DNA from: an uncultured Poribacteria bacterium | GTDB lineage: Bacteria; Poribacteria; WGA-4E; WGA-3G | Direction of reading: 5' to 3' | Length of the DNA stretch: 64,000 nt | Assembly: GCA_951813565.1 (NCBI GenBank) | Contig: OX638351.1 | Span: forward strand, 4,224,001-4,288,000 | Part shown: positions 9,896 through 20,326 of the stretch, in pieces | Layout: every line of letters starts with the position of its first letter | How positions within the stretch are numbered: the first letter of the stretch is position 1 | The notes under the pieces: generated by a model | The model's database searches: none | Told to the model about the DNA's origin: nothing | The model's input: the letters and a program-made list of their open reading frames with translations, nothing else | Translations under genes and position numbers: made by a program

Positions 9896-10893
9896 GTGGT
9901 AGAAAAAGTGAACGATGGGTTTGATGAACAGGACTTATCACAAGGACCAGGCGACACTCAAGGTCCTGGTGTAGAGTTAACCACCCAACAGGTTGAAATC
10001 CATCGTAACTTGGAATCTATTGGACCTGAGATAGCTGCGTATTATCTGGATGGTATCAGGATTTTACAAAACGAAAACTTAGAAACAGCAGCAAATCTTT
10101 TGGCACATGTTGCTCGAGAAATTGACGGGGTTTAAGAGATATTTTATCTAGTGACGAAGCCAAAAGACATATACAAAGCCAACTCACAGAAGCAGTCTTA
10201 GATAAGTTAGGAAACTATCGCGAATTAAGAGACCGTAAAGGTCATATTGCTTCAATTTTGACAGCACTCGATATTGATGCCCCTGTCTCACTTTCTACCG
10301 ATGATGCCCGTGTAAATTTTGCTATCAGGTGGATAAATGTTTCTACTCAATTTCATAGATTCGCCCATCGTCACGGGGCTTGGGGGATTCCTCGGGCTAG
10401 AGAAGAATTTGAAGCTCTTTGGTATGAATTTGAGGGTGTATTGTTAAATTTAGTAGGCAGTTTTCTTGACCTGCTCAGCCGACTGGATCGGATTCGTGCC
10501 TATGAAGAACCGACAAGAGAAATAAGAAGTACTCTCCCTAATCTTTTGGGATCTGAAGAAAGACGTGCATATTTTTTAGAAAACTTGAATTCCCAACATG
10601 GTTAGAACCTTTAAAAGAGGATGGATGGTTCAATCCCGATCAAAATCCCAAGCCTCAAGAATCTTCTGATCAGTCCGGATATTACTATAGTCCCCGTTGG
10701 CATGCCCTGGAATATGTAGTGAAGATTTCTACGCATCCAGAGTGTCCAGTCAATACCCTTGTGGACATTGTTAATGCCATTACAGACGAAAGCAAGGAAC
10801 GGATCGATAACGGCCGGACAGACCTAGAAACTGTCAAAATTATTGGCAAACTTCCTATAGACCGGATAGTACCTCAACATATCGTTTTTATTG
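9896..10893 (+). pseudogene. Frameshifted hypothetical gene truncated by an IS
   Basis: Three consecutive fragments (9896, 10258, 10719) read as one protein across frameshifts near 10130 and 10595 (AHVAREIDG/LRDIL; LENLNS/TWLEPLKEDGWF). It ends at the IS TIR at 10894. Confidence 0.65.
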
Positions 10894-12123
10894 GGGTGTG
10901 TAAAGTTTTTGTAGCAACTCTGATGTCCAGAGTTGTTGCGAGTTACAATAAAAATGGGTATCCTATCCTAATAAATTCAAAAAAGGAAGAGGATACCAAT
11001 GTTTAATATATCATTAGAGAACCCAGAAGTCAAAGAGATTTTAGAAGAGATTGCTCAGGTGGCAAGTGAACTTTCGTCATCCCGTTGCATATCATTAGAA
11101 GCAGCTGAGACTTGTATGTGAGACCTGATGCTTAGAAGTGGTCAAAAGTTGCGAGGTAAATGGACGCGTCGTGTCGTAGAGCGGATGTGTTATGTTGCGG
11201 CGCATTTTGACTATAGAGCTGCTGCGAAAGCGTTGGCTTTTCAAGGGATAGAAGTGAGCCATACGATAGTGCGCGAAAAAGTGCTTGAGTGGTCATCAGA
11301 CTTGAGCGTGTCAGCACAAGTTGCACCGCAAATACTTGCGGCTAATCAGCGTTGGTATGTAAGTTGTGATGGATGCTACACCAACTCTACTGATGGATGG
11401 CAAGAGACAAAAGTCGGTTGTGTTTACAGAGATTATCCACAATGTGGTTCTGATGCGGTGTCAAGTGCGAGAGAGACAAGTATCCGTTATGTTGCAACGC
11501 GTAATGATGCAGCACATTTTGGTAAGGAGTTATATGCGTTAGCAACCAATAGTGGCATCTACCAAGAAGCTATTGATACGCAAGAGATTGTGTTTCTTGG
11601 TGATGGTGCTGCGTGGATTTGGAACTTAGCAGATGAATACTTCCCCAATGCTGTTGAGATTGTGGATTACAAGAACGCGAAATCTCATCTGTCCGATGTT
11701 GCTAAAGTTGCGTTCGGAGAGACTGAAACAGAGGCGATACAAGACTGGGTAAAAACGACAGAACCTATCCTTTATGATGGCAACATTACAGAAGTAGCCG
11801 CACGCATTCGTGGCTTAGACACACAGCACCCGGAAGTATCGGATATTTTCGAAAGAGAAGCACGGTATTTTGAAAAACACGCTGCTCGTCCGCGGTATAA
11901 AAAGTTTCGGGAAAAAGGGTATCAAATCGGGAGTGGTGTGATTGAGAGTGCCTGTCCACATGTTGTCGGACAAAGGTGTCCACAAGCTGCTATGAGGTGG
12001 AAAGAGAAAGGTATCAACCCGGTGCTTGCCTTACGGTGTTTAGTGAAAAATGGGGACTGGGACAAATATTGGAATGAACTCCCACAGGCAGCATGACACT
12101 TATAACCAAAACTTTACGCACCC
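10894..12123 (+). mobile_element. Decayed ISKra4/ISLre2-like insertion sequence
   Basis: TIRs GGGTGTGTAAAGTTTT / AAAACTTTACGCACCC. Transposase starts at ATG 10999 with a TGA at codon 41, then continues as 11128..12096 (SCDG, LGDGAAWIW, IGSGVIES, MRW). No TSD seen. Confidence 0.85.
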
Positions 12124-12142
12124 GAATTGCCAGCAATTCAAC

Positions 12143-12170
12143 TTGACTTGCAACACAACAATGGTATAAT
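12143..12170 (+). promoter_or_regulatory. Putative sigma70 promoter whose -10 box is the target of a MITE
   Basis: TTGACT-16 nt-TATAAT with TG extension. Confidence 0.45.
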
Positions 12171-12172
12171 TA

Positions 12173-12527
12173 ACGTGAGTTTGATAATAAAATTCAATAA
12201 CCACTGTCCGTTGGGTAGAACGGAATAAACAAAAAATCGGACATAAAAGAGAGATTTTTTTCCATTTGATGCCGAAATAACAGGAAAATGAGTGAAACTC
12301 AACTTTAAATTACTTCCAAGACGGTTGAATTGTTGGGTTTCGCTTCGCTCTACTCATAGGCGTCAATTTTAGGATATATCCTATTGTGGGAGCGAATCAA
12401 CGCAGCATGCGCGTTTGGCATGCTGCCAAATCAACGCCTATAGGTTTCGCTTCGCTCTACCCAACGGACATCTACATTTAGGTCTAATTATCAAACTCAC
12501 GTTATAATATTATTATCAAACTCACGT
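12173..12527. mobile_element. MITE with 8-bp TSD and nested repeats
   Basis: TIRs ACGTGAGTTTGATAAT / ATTATCAAACTCACGT, with the right TIR present twice (12487, 12512). TSD TATAATTA at 12165-12172 and 12528-12535. Contains REP arms GTTGGGTAGA...TCTACCCAAC. Confidence 0.75.
12355..12442. mobile_element. CATAGG-family element (internally deleted) with 19-bp flanking direct repeat
   Basis: CATAGGCGTCAATTTTAGG...CAACGCCTATA flanked by GGTTTCGCTTCGCTCTAC(T/C) at 12336-12354 and 12443-12461. Confidence 0.7.
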
Positions 12528-12619
12528 TATAATTATAATGTTGTAAAAGCAGAAGCATACTTAGCATGCCACCAGTAAACTAAATAATAGACACGCTTGT
12601 GTGTCATCAAAGGAGTTTT

Positions 12620-13786
12620 ATGAACATAAAAAACATCTCAACACTTACGATTGCCTTCGCAATTATTGCTATATTTGTGGGTTTATCCGGCTGTGAACGG
12701 ATTTCAAAAATGGTTGGACCTCCCACTTCTGAAATGGACGATTCAAGTGAAGAAATTACCATCGGTCTCGTTTTACCTCAAACAGGAAGACTCGCTTCCG
12801 TATTTGGAAAATACGTGGAACAGGCTTTTGAATTGGCTCTCAATGAAATTAACGACTTACAACTTGCAGGTTCGAACCTTAAGTTTATTACTATTGACGA
12901 TCAAGGCACCCCAGAGGGAGCAATTGAAGCTTATAAAAAACTGATTGAAGAAAATAACGTTTCTATTATCCTTGGACCTGCGACCTCTTCAGCGACCAAA
13001 CAGACTTTTCCTATTGCAAAAGAACATCAGATCGTCGCAATAAGCTCAACATCCGCTGCACGTGGTCTCAGTGCTATCAGTGATTTTACTTTTCGAGTCG
13101 CACTTACCACAGATGTGTTAGTCCCTCACGGTGTTGAAGTAACGCATGCTAAACTTGCTTATCAAACTGTGGCTACGTTATATGATGAAACAGATGATTT
13201 CTCTATTGACGGAGACAAAGCAGTAAAGGAAGAACTTATAGCGAAGGGAGTTAAAATTCTTGACACTGTAACATTTCAAGGTGGCGAAACAAACGATTTT
13301 ACGGAGCAGTTGACACATATAAATGCGTTAAATCCTGATGCTATCTTTGTCTCATCTTTACCGGGAGAAAAGGCTGAAATACTTCGCAAAGGTCACGAAC
13401 TTGGTATAACTGCACCATTCATCATCCGCACATTAACTGAAGCCGATGTTGAAGCTGCTGGTGAAGCAGCTGAAGGTGCTATCACATTTGTAGGGTGGGG
13501 CACTGCAGTTGATACACCAGGGAATCAAACCTTTATAGAGAAGTATACTGCAACATACGGTATTGGACCGAACAACTATGCTGCTCGTTCTTATGCCACA
13601 CTTCATATTTTGGCAGAGGCGATTGCAAACGCAAAATCTCATGATGCAGCAGATATTCGGGACGCACTTGCTAATATCAGTGATTTTGACACTGTCTTAG
13701 GCAAATTCTCATTTGACGAAAATGGGGATGCTGTTTATGAACCGAAAATCTTGATTGTCAAGGATGGTAAATTAGAACTCTTTTAG
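12620..13786 (+). CDS. Branched-chain amino acid type ABC substrate-binding lipoprotein (LivJ/K-like)
   Basis: AGGAG RBS before ATG 12620, lipobox LSGC, IGLVLPQTG, DDQGTPE, GKFSFDENGD. Confidence 0.85.
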   Translation: MNIKNISTLTIAFAIIAIFVGLSGCERISKMVGPPTSEMDDSSEEITIGLVLPQTGRLASVFGKYVEQAFELALNEINDLQLAGSNLKFITIDDQGTPEGAIEAYKKLIEENNVSIILGPATSSATKQTFPIAKEHQIVAISSTSAARGLSAISDFTFRVALTTDVLVPHGVEVTHAKLAYQTVATLYDETDDFSIDGDKAVKEELIAKGVKILDTVTFQGGETNDFTEQLTHINALNPDAIFVSSLPGEKAEILRKGHELGITAPFIIRTLTEADVEAAGEAAEGAITFVGWGTAVDTPGNQTFIEKYTATYGIGPNNYAARSYATLHILAEAIANAKSHDAADIRDALANISDFDTVLGKFSFDENGDAVYEPKILIVKDGKLELF

Positions 13787-13824
13787 GAGTCTTAGTTTGG
13801 TAGGCGTGTTTTTCTGAGGCGCGC

Positions 13825-14955
13825 CTACCCAAACCGTTCTAATCGATATGGCGCGAACCAATCCACTCGCACACCATCAACAATTTCCAATGTTGCCATT
13901 TCACCCACCAAAGGTGCTAAGGTTACACCACTGTGCATTAACGCAATATACAGATTCGGCACTGCTTCAGTAAATCCGAGTATCGGAAATCCATCAAGCG
14001 GCATCGGTCGATACCCTACAGGAGTCGGAATCGCTTCGGCATCCGCTATTGCTGGCAGGTAGGCTTTGGCTTGAGCAAGGAGTGCATCAGCATGTTCCTG
14101 TGAATCATTCCGGTTTATCCCTTCTTGGGTACCCTGCCCAATTCTAAGCGTTCCATCACTTAATTGTCGCAGATGTAGGTGTTGGTAATTTTCATCTACT
14201 GGTGGTGCATGAATAACTGCGACACTTTGCAAAACTGTGGCACACGAGGTTGTTTTAATAACGATTCCTGGACTGCATTGTTGTGGTATGTGAACACCTA
14301 TAACGGATGCAAGTTCGGTAGTTTGAACGCCACTTGCCAAAACAACAACATCACACATGAATTCAGCATCAGGTGTTTTAACAGCAGCTATTTTTCCGTT
14401 GCGAATGACAAAATCTGTGACACCGGTTTCCGTATGCACAATTGCGCCAGATTCCTGCGCGCGTTTAAGGTTAACAGAAATAAATTTATCAGTCTCTACA
14501 TGGATGTCTGCTTCAGAATGCGATGCAGCCTCCACGCGACCTGGAAGTAGATCGGGTTCTAACGCCAACATCTCATCACGTGAAATGAGCCTGCACGGAT
14601 ATCCCCATGTTTGAAGTTGTCGTATACGTCTTTCTAACTGCGCTGCACGTTTAGTATTGCCCTCCCATCGCATCTCACCACCGTAATGGATACCAATATC
14701 TTCATCAAGCTGATGCGCCAACCGATACCACATATCTAAAGAACGCCGATTGAGTGTATGGTAATCTTGCGGGTCTTTCCCAAAAGCATTCACCCAGGCG
14801 AAGGAGTGTCCCGATGCCCCAGCACCAGGAATACCACGGTCAAGAACAGTTATAGCATTTCGAGGACGACGGGAGAGGTGATAGGCTAAACAAGCGCCAA
14901 TAAAACCAGCACCGACAATGACAATTTTTGTGGTTTTTGCTGATGTCATAGGCAA
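13825..14955 (-). CDS. FAD-dependent oxidoreductase (DAO/glycine-sarcosine oxidase family)
   Basis: IVIVGAGFIG, GASGHSFAWVN, GYRPMPLDGFPILG, HSGVTLAP. Confidence 0.87.
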   Translation of the reverse strand: MPMTSAKTTKIVIVGAGFIGACLAYHLSRRPRNAITVLDRGIPGAGASGHSFAWVNAFGKDPQDYHTLNRRSLDMWYRLAHQLDEDIGIHYGGEMRWEGNTKRAAQLERRIRQLQTWGYPCRLISRDEMLALEPDLLPGRVEAASHSEADIHVETDKFISVNLKRAQESGAIVHTETGVTDFVIRNGKIAAVKTPDAEFMCDVVVLASGVQTTELASVIGVHIPQQCSPGIVIKTTSCATVLQSVAVIHAPPVDENYQHLHLRQLSDGTLRIGQGTQEGINRNDSQEHADALLAQAKAYLPAIADAEAIPTPVGYRPMPLDGFPILGFTEAVPNLYIALMHSGVTLAPLVGEMATLEIVDGVRVDWFAPYRLERFG

Positions 14956-15049
14956 CTTTTACATGTCGTTCCAAGAAGGACTTGCTGATTTTGAGTCAAT
15001 TGGGTATTGTCGTTGAGGTGAGAAATGCGTTGCCTTCATTAAAGGTAAA

Positions 15050-15676
15050 CTATCGATGTGCTACAACAATAAATCCTGTCAATCCAGCAAGCAACAACTG
15101 AAAGCCTGTTTGGTAAAACAGGATCAGAAAGGGTTGGCAAAGAGAAACTAAACCGAGAGCAATTAATCCAATGGAAATACGTTCACACATTACCTTCTGT
15201 GAATAGACAATCGAAAAAACAATAATACCGGGTAGAAGTAGGTATAGTGCAGTGCCACCAAGTGATGGGAAAACTGGTTGATAGAGAAAACCGATACCGA
15301 CACAAGTACAAATTGCAGATACAACCGTTGCAACACGTATAGCAGTAGTTGTCATGCCAAACGAAACTGCACTTGCAAACAATAGGTGAAACGCTGAACC
15401 GCGCAAAATTGCAGGGACAGGGAGATAAAGAAAGCCAAGTCCTATCGCTAAACCGATGCCTGATATTATACTAATTCGCAACTTATTTTCAAAAGCAATC
15501 CCTGCAAGAATTGCTGCGATGCTTAGCAGTACGAATGCAATACCCTTTATCAGTACACTGCTTTGAACTACGCGATCCGGTAACCATGATACGTTTTCCG
15601 GTTCTACATAAAGAAAAATGCTACTAATTAGAAAAAAACTGATAGCAACTAACTGATTTCGTTTCTGTTTTTCCAT
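15050..15676 (-). CDS. Integral membrane hypothetical protein
   Basis: Multiple hydrophobic segments; likely start MEKQK. Confidence 0.6.
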   Translation of the reverse strand: MEKQKRNQLVAISFFLISSIFLYVEPENVSWLPDRVVQSSVLIKGIAFVLLSIAAILAGIAFENKLRISIISGIGLAIGLGFLYLPVPAILRGSAFHLLFASAVSFGMTTTAIRVATVVSAICTCVGIGFLYQPVFPSLGGTALYLLLPGIIVFSIVYSQKVMCERISIGLIALGLVSLCQPFLILFYQTGFQLLLAGLTGFIVVAHR

Positions 15677-15712
15677 AGATTTTAATAACAAATTAGCATA
15701 ATGGGTAGGTGT

Positions 15713-16144
15713 TCAATCACCAATTTTGAAAAATCGCTCTTTCCAAGTTTTCGGTTTTTCTTCTTGTAAGCTGTTAATCTGTACCCGCAAATCAGCTCTT
15801 TCCTCTTGAAGGGATTTTACTTTTTCTTGAAGTTCAGCGATTTCTGTTTCCAATTTTTCGTTATTTTCACGAAGATAGGCAATGTGCACAATTTGGCAAA
15901 TAAGGTTTTCTATTATCTCATTTGTTGGTATATTATAACTAAGTTGTGTTATCAATGGTGCTAAACCATCAATCCTTAACTGTAGAATCGCCTTCGGTTC
16001 CGCTCCCTCTTCTTCTGGAGGGGCAGAAACAGTACGCAGAAAAGGTTCAATCTCTGCATGTTTCCGCTCCAATGTCTGTTTTATAATTTCCTCATCAACA
16101 CCGATCACTTCGGCAACATCAGAAGGATTCAAATAAAGTTCCAT
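15713..16144 (-). CDS. Hypothetical protein with N-terminal HTH-like segment and C-terminal coiled coil
   Basis: LNPSDVAEVIGVDEEII, heptad-rich C-terminus ending KPKTWKERFF. Confidence 0.55.
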   Translation of the reverse strand: MELYLNPSDVAEVIGVDEEIIKQTLERKHAEIEPFLRTVSAPPEEEGAEPKAILQLRIDGLAPLITQLSYNIPTNEIIENLICQIVHIAYLRENNEKLETEIAELQEKVKSLQEERADLRVQINSLQEEKPKTWKERFFKIGD

Positions 16145-16213
16145 CTTTTATTTCCTAACCTATTTATTTGCTTTTTTGATGCTGATTTTTACCACATCAC
16201 TTGTGTAAAAACA

Positions 16214-16891
16214 TCAACTCTTGTTATGCGTTTGATGTGCAGCATTTGTTTGAATTGAATCCAGTTTTAGCATACGAAACATGTGCCGTGCATAACTTAC
16301 CGTTGAGATTACGACAAAAACCAGTGCAACGCAGAGCATAAGAAAATCAAGCCACTCTGGGAATAGGTGTGGTCGTATTGGACGAATAAGGTAAAGTATC
16401 ACTGCGATTGACAAAGAGAAACTTGTGCATTTGCCCCACCAATTTGAACGCGTAATCATTTTTGCCTTATAAGCCAGATACGCGTTGCCCAACACAATTG
16501 CCACGTCTCGGAAAATCACCGCAGCGAATGCCCATATCGGAAAAGTAGAATTTGATAACACAAGTGCAAAAATTCCCGCACCAATAGCAAACTTATCCGC
16601 AACGGGATCAAGAATATAACCGAGTTCTGAATGTTGATTCAACACTCGCGCAAAGAACCCATCCAACAGATCCGATACAACTGCGATACCTCCTACCACA
16701 ATAGCGAGCTTATAACTTTTACGGTAAATTAACCAAAAAAGAACAGGCACTATCAGCAGCCTAAATGCTGAGATGAGATTGCTTACATATAAAAAATCTC
16801 TTCCTGAGATATGGATCGTCCGAGTTTCAGTGAATTGGTGAATAGGAGCCTTAAGTGCCATGAATCTCTTTGACCTACCGGTGTCATACAC
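16214..16891 (-). CDS. CDP-alcohol phosphatidyltransferase (PgsA-like)
   Basis: SNLISAFR, DLLDGFFARVLNQHSELGYILDPVADK motif. Start may be 16861. Confidence 0.88.
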   Translation of the reverse strand: MYDTGRSKRFMALKAPIHQFTETRTIHISGRDFLYVSNLISAFRLLIVPVLFWLIYRKSYKLAIVVGGIAVVSDLLDGFFARVLNQHSELGYILDPVADKFAIGAGIFALVLSNSTFPIWAFAAVIFRDVAIVLGNAYLAYKAKMITRSNWWGKCTSFSLSIAVILYLIRPIRPHLFPEWLDFLMLCVALVFVVISTVSYARHMFRMLKLDSIQTNAAHQTHNKS

Positions 16892-17013
16892 ACCAATGTT
16901 AACACTATTAAAAACCGTTTTATATAATAATTTCGCACCGACTATACGCTAAGATGCGTATTCTTAAATGCTAAAATCACCTATCATTAAAAACGTGTTC
17001 TGCTAATCGATCA

Positions 17014-17667
17014 TCAATTATTTCGAGATGCTAATTGGAAAGCTGTTTGCCGATTCTGAATTTTCAATATTTCAATTTCGCGTCTAAGGAGTTCGTCAAA
17101 AGAGGCAATTTCCAAAAGTTCCTGCTTTTCATTTAAGGGTATACGTAGCCGTGTTCCAATTTGGTATGCTAATTGTTGAGGGTGTTCAGGATTTTCATCC
17201 GGTGTTTGCCAACTAAAGATTAAGTAACTTGATAATGTTTCATATTCAATGTAAAGCTTACGAGCTTCAGCAGCAATATCGTCCAAGCTTGTGTCGGGTT
17301 CAGCGTCTAACGAATCTAACATGCGTACCCGTCCAACTAAATACGGTTGTTCGTCGTGAACCTCCAATATCTCAAACCGAGAGTGTCCAGATGTCATGAT
17401 ATTCATCTGTCCATCTGGAAACCTCTCAACCTCAACCAAATCAACAGCAGTCCCAATTTTGCACGGTGTTGCTGCTTCGCCAACCTCTTCACCTTCTTTA
17501 ATCATTACAATACCAAAGGACGCTTCGTTTCTAATACAAAACTTCACCATTTCACGATACCGCTGTTCAAAAATATGTAACGGCAGAAAACCACCTGGGA
17601 ACAGAACAACATTTAACGGAAAAAGCGGAAGTTCTTTTTCTTCCATGTGATTCGGATCCGTTTGCAT
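17014..17667 (-). CDS. LON peptidase substrate-binding domain protein
   Basis: LPLFPLNVVLFPGGFLPLHIFEQRYREMV. Confidence 0.88.
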   Translation of the reverse strand: MQTDPNHMEEKELPLFPLNVVLFPGGFLPLHIFEQRYREMVKFCIRNEASFGIVMIKEGEEVGEAATPCKIGTAVDLVEVERFPDGQMNIMTSGHSRFEILEVHDEQPYLVGRVRMLDSLDAEPDTSLDDIAAEARKLYIEYETLSSYLIFSWQTPDENPEHPQQLAYQIGTRLRIPLNEKQELLEIASFDELLRREIEILKIQNRQTAFQLASRNN

Positions 17668-17980
17668 GTGAAACCCTCAATTTGTTTTTTTCAAATTTAT
17701 AGTATATTTCAATTTGATAGGAATTTACATATATTGCACAAAATTTTGTAAAATTTATTCTTTACATTACACCTTTTATTTTGACACATAAATTGGATAT
17801 TTGTCAAGGATAATATTATTTTAGGGTGTCTGTAGTTTTTGACAAAACGCTACGTACCCGCAATTTTAATTCCGTTTGATAAATTAACAGCAAAATGATA
17901 AGATATTGCCATCAACATTTCAGATATTTTATCAATACATCTTCCAATACTGAGAGCATAACGGAGCATATACCAATAAC

Positions 17981-19114
17981 ATGAGCAAAATCGCACACGT
18001 AGAGATTTACCCGACTGCAGTTGGGATGAAAGATGTTTTTACCATCGGTACAGGTTTCGTTGGTGATCCAGATGCTGCAGGACACCATATCTTTGTTAAG
18101 ATTACAACAGATGACGGTTATATCGGTTGGGGTGAACAGCGGGCATTACCGTCGTGGAGCTATGAGACAACAGAGTCTATCACATCCACAATCCGATACC
18201 ATATCACACCCTTACTGCTGGGACAAAACCCTCTGAACCGTAACGAAATACACAACACCATCTATCAGGCGTTAAAACCTGCTGTTAGCAATGGACACCC
18301 TTTTGCTAAAGCAGCCGTTGACATCGCACTGCATGATCTGTGCGGTCAAATCCTAAATGTACCTCTCCATTCTCTCTTCGGCGGAAAACTACACAACACT
18401 CTACCGCTCAGTTACGCTTTAAGTATTGATACCCCAGAAATAATGGCGCTGAAAGCAAAAGCCTTATCTCCCTGTACCTGTTTTAAAGTGAAGGTAGAAG
18501 GTACACCCGAAATGGATGAAGAACGCATACGTGCAGTTCATGGAGCCGCACCCAATGCCAAACTTTGGATTGACGCAAATCAATCTTACACACCATCTAA
18601 TGCATTAGAACTGCTAAAGCGTGTGCAAGATATTAATGAAATCTACTGTATGGAACAGCCAGTTGCAAGCCAAGATTGGTTCGGAATGAAACGGGTACGA
18701 GAGGCAGCATCAATCCCTATTGCCATTGATGAAGGTTGTTTTACGTATTTTGATCTTGGAAAAATTGCGCGTCTTGAATGTGCGGATGCTGTTGTCTTGA
18801 AGGTATGCAAATCTGGCGGTCTAACCGAATGCCTAAAAAGCGTCTATGTCGCAGAAGCCAATGCCATAGAATTGCTCGGTAGCGGTCTAACTGAAGCAGG
18901 CGTGGGTTTCATCGCAAGTATTCATCTTTTCGCAACTATGGATCTTGTGCTGCCTGCCGAACTGAACGCACCCGTTTTTTTAGAAACGATGGCAATAAAC
19001 GGTGTTGAAATTCACGATCATGTTGTTACAGTACCAGATGGTCCAGGTCTCGGTGTTACACCAGACGAAGATTACATTAAAGCGCATCCGCTGACAACTG
19101 ATTCTTTGATGTAA
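17981..19114 (+). CDS. Enolase-superfamily protein (muconate cycloisomerase/dipeptide epimerase-like)
   Basis: AVDIALHDL, KVK, IDANQ, MEQP, IDE metal ligands, PDGPGLG. Confidence 0.85.
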   Translation: MSKIAHVEIYPTAVGMKDVFTIGTGFVGDPDAAGHHIFVKITTDDGYIGWGEQRALPSWSYETTESITSTIRYHITPLLLGQNPLNRNEIHNTIYQALKPAVSNGHPFAKAAVDIALHDLCGQILNVPLHSLFGGKLHNTLPLSYALSIDTPEIMALKAKALSPCTCFKVKVEGTPEMDEERIRAVHGAAPNAKLWIDANQSYTPSNALELLKRVQDINEIYCMEQPVASQDWFGMKRVREAASIPIAIDEGCFTYFDLGKIARLECADAVVLKVCKSGGLTECLKSVYVAEANAIELLGSGLTEAGVGFIASIHLFATMDLVLPAELNAPVFLETMAINGVEIHDHVVTVPDGPGLGVTPDEDYIKAHPLTTDSLM

Positions 19115-20261
19115 TGAGCATTTCTACCCCGATCGCAATTGCAACCATCGCAGCACACATCAGATATGGACTTTGCGGTCCCAATCCCAAATCGACTGCG
19201 ATCCCACCTAACAAGGGACCTAATAAAATACCAAACCCAAGGATTGATTCGTGCCAACCGCTCTTGTTCCCTTTGTCAGTGTACTTATCCAAACCGTAGT
19301 AAAGACTGCTGAAATAAGTGAATGCAGCAGATAAACCAATTAATGCAAACGCCGCTGTCCAAAGAAAGAAATTCTGGACTCTCCACATTCCGATGAAACT
19401 AAGAATCGCCAGCCCTTGCACAATTAATAGAGGACTAAACCGATAGTGCCATCGCGTAGAAAAACCTGTCCCAAGGACAAGGAACGCCAACGTTTGCGCC
19501 CCTCCAAGTGTCAGCATAAAATTCCCGTACGTTTGGGTAGGTATCCCCATTTCTAATGTCAACTTTGGTGAAAGCCTACGCAAGACACCCAGTCCAAACC
19601 AAGATGCAAAATTTGCACATCGTGCTAAGTTAAGATAGGTTTTTCTGACAGCAGGTGATGGGAATAAAGTCTGAATAGTTTCAGATGATGTTTCTGTCGT
19701 GTGTGAAGCAAATTTAGATTTATGTGAAAACAGTGTTACTATGGTAAACAAACAGAGAGCAACTGACAGATAAAATGGACTAAATGGGTTAGTATCTTGA
19801 TATAGATAACCTGAAACCGCTGGACCTAAGGTTACACCGATACTCCAAAACAAATTGAAAAGCGTTACGCGTTGAACAAGTTTAGTCTCTTCTTCTTGTT
19901 CAGAAAGCCAAGCTTCGTAAGCGGGCCAAAACAGTGCCATGCTAATTCCAATTACTGGAAAAATGGCCAATAGATGAATTTTATTTCGACAAAAAGGGAG
20001 TCCTAAACTCGCAGCCCCAAGTAAAACGCAAGCAGCGTATAGCATACGTCGCCGTTCAACTCGGTCAGATAGCTGCCCAAATGGAATTGCAAGGAATGCG
20101 AAAAAGGCTGTTGCAATTGCCATCAACACACCTAAAAAAGTAGAGGAGAGTCCGAGAAAACTACTATAAAAAGAGGAATTCGTTAGGACACTGCTGAGGG
20201 CAAAATCAATTAATAAGACTGGAAAATAGACAGTAAAAAGTTGGCTCGGTTTTAGGCGCAT
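19077..20261 (-). CDS. MFS transporter
   Basis: GQLSDRVERR motif A, about 12 hydrophobic segments. Overlaps the convergent gene by 38 bp. Confidence 0.85.
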   Translation of the reverse strand: MRLKPSQLFTVYFPVLLIDFALSSVLTNSSFYSSFLGLSSTFLGVLMAIATAFFAFLAIPFGQLSDRVERRRMLYAACVLLGAASLGLPFCRNKIHLLAIFPVIGISMALFWPAYEAWLSEQEEETKLVQRVTLFNLFWSIGVTLGPAVSGYLYQDTNPFSPFYLSVALCLFTIVTLFSHKSKFASHTTETSSETIQTLFPSPAVRKTYLNLARCANFASWFGLGVLRRLSPKLTLEMGIPTQTYGNFMLTLGGAQTLAFLVLGTGFSTRWHYRFSPLLIVQGLAILSFIGMWRVQNFFLWTAAFALIGLSAAFTYFSSLYYGLDKYTDKGNKSGWHESILGFGILLGPLLGGIAVDLGLGPQSPYLMCAAMVAIAIGVEMLITSKNQLSADAL

Positions 20262-20326
20262 TTATAGCGTTTTGTAGAGAAAGTTTCTGAATTCCTTTCC
20301 ACAGTAAAATAAAAGTAGATAGGTTT

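Noticed and set aside
11119..11121. Second selenocysteine codon (in-frame TGA in the transposase)
   Set aside because: It lies in a decayed IS with other lesions, no SECIS-like hairpin is evident, and a CGA-to-TGA change is the likely origin.
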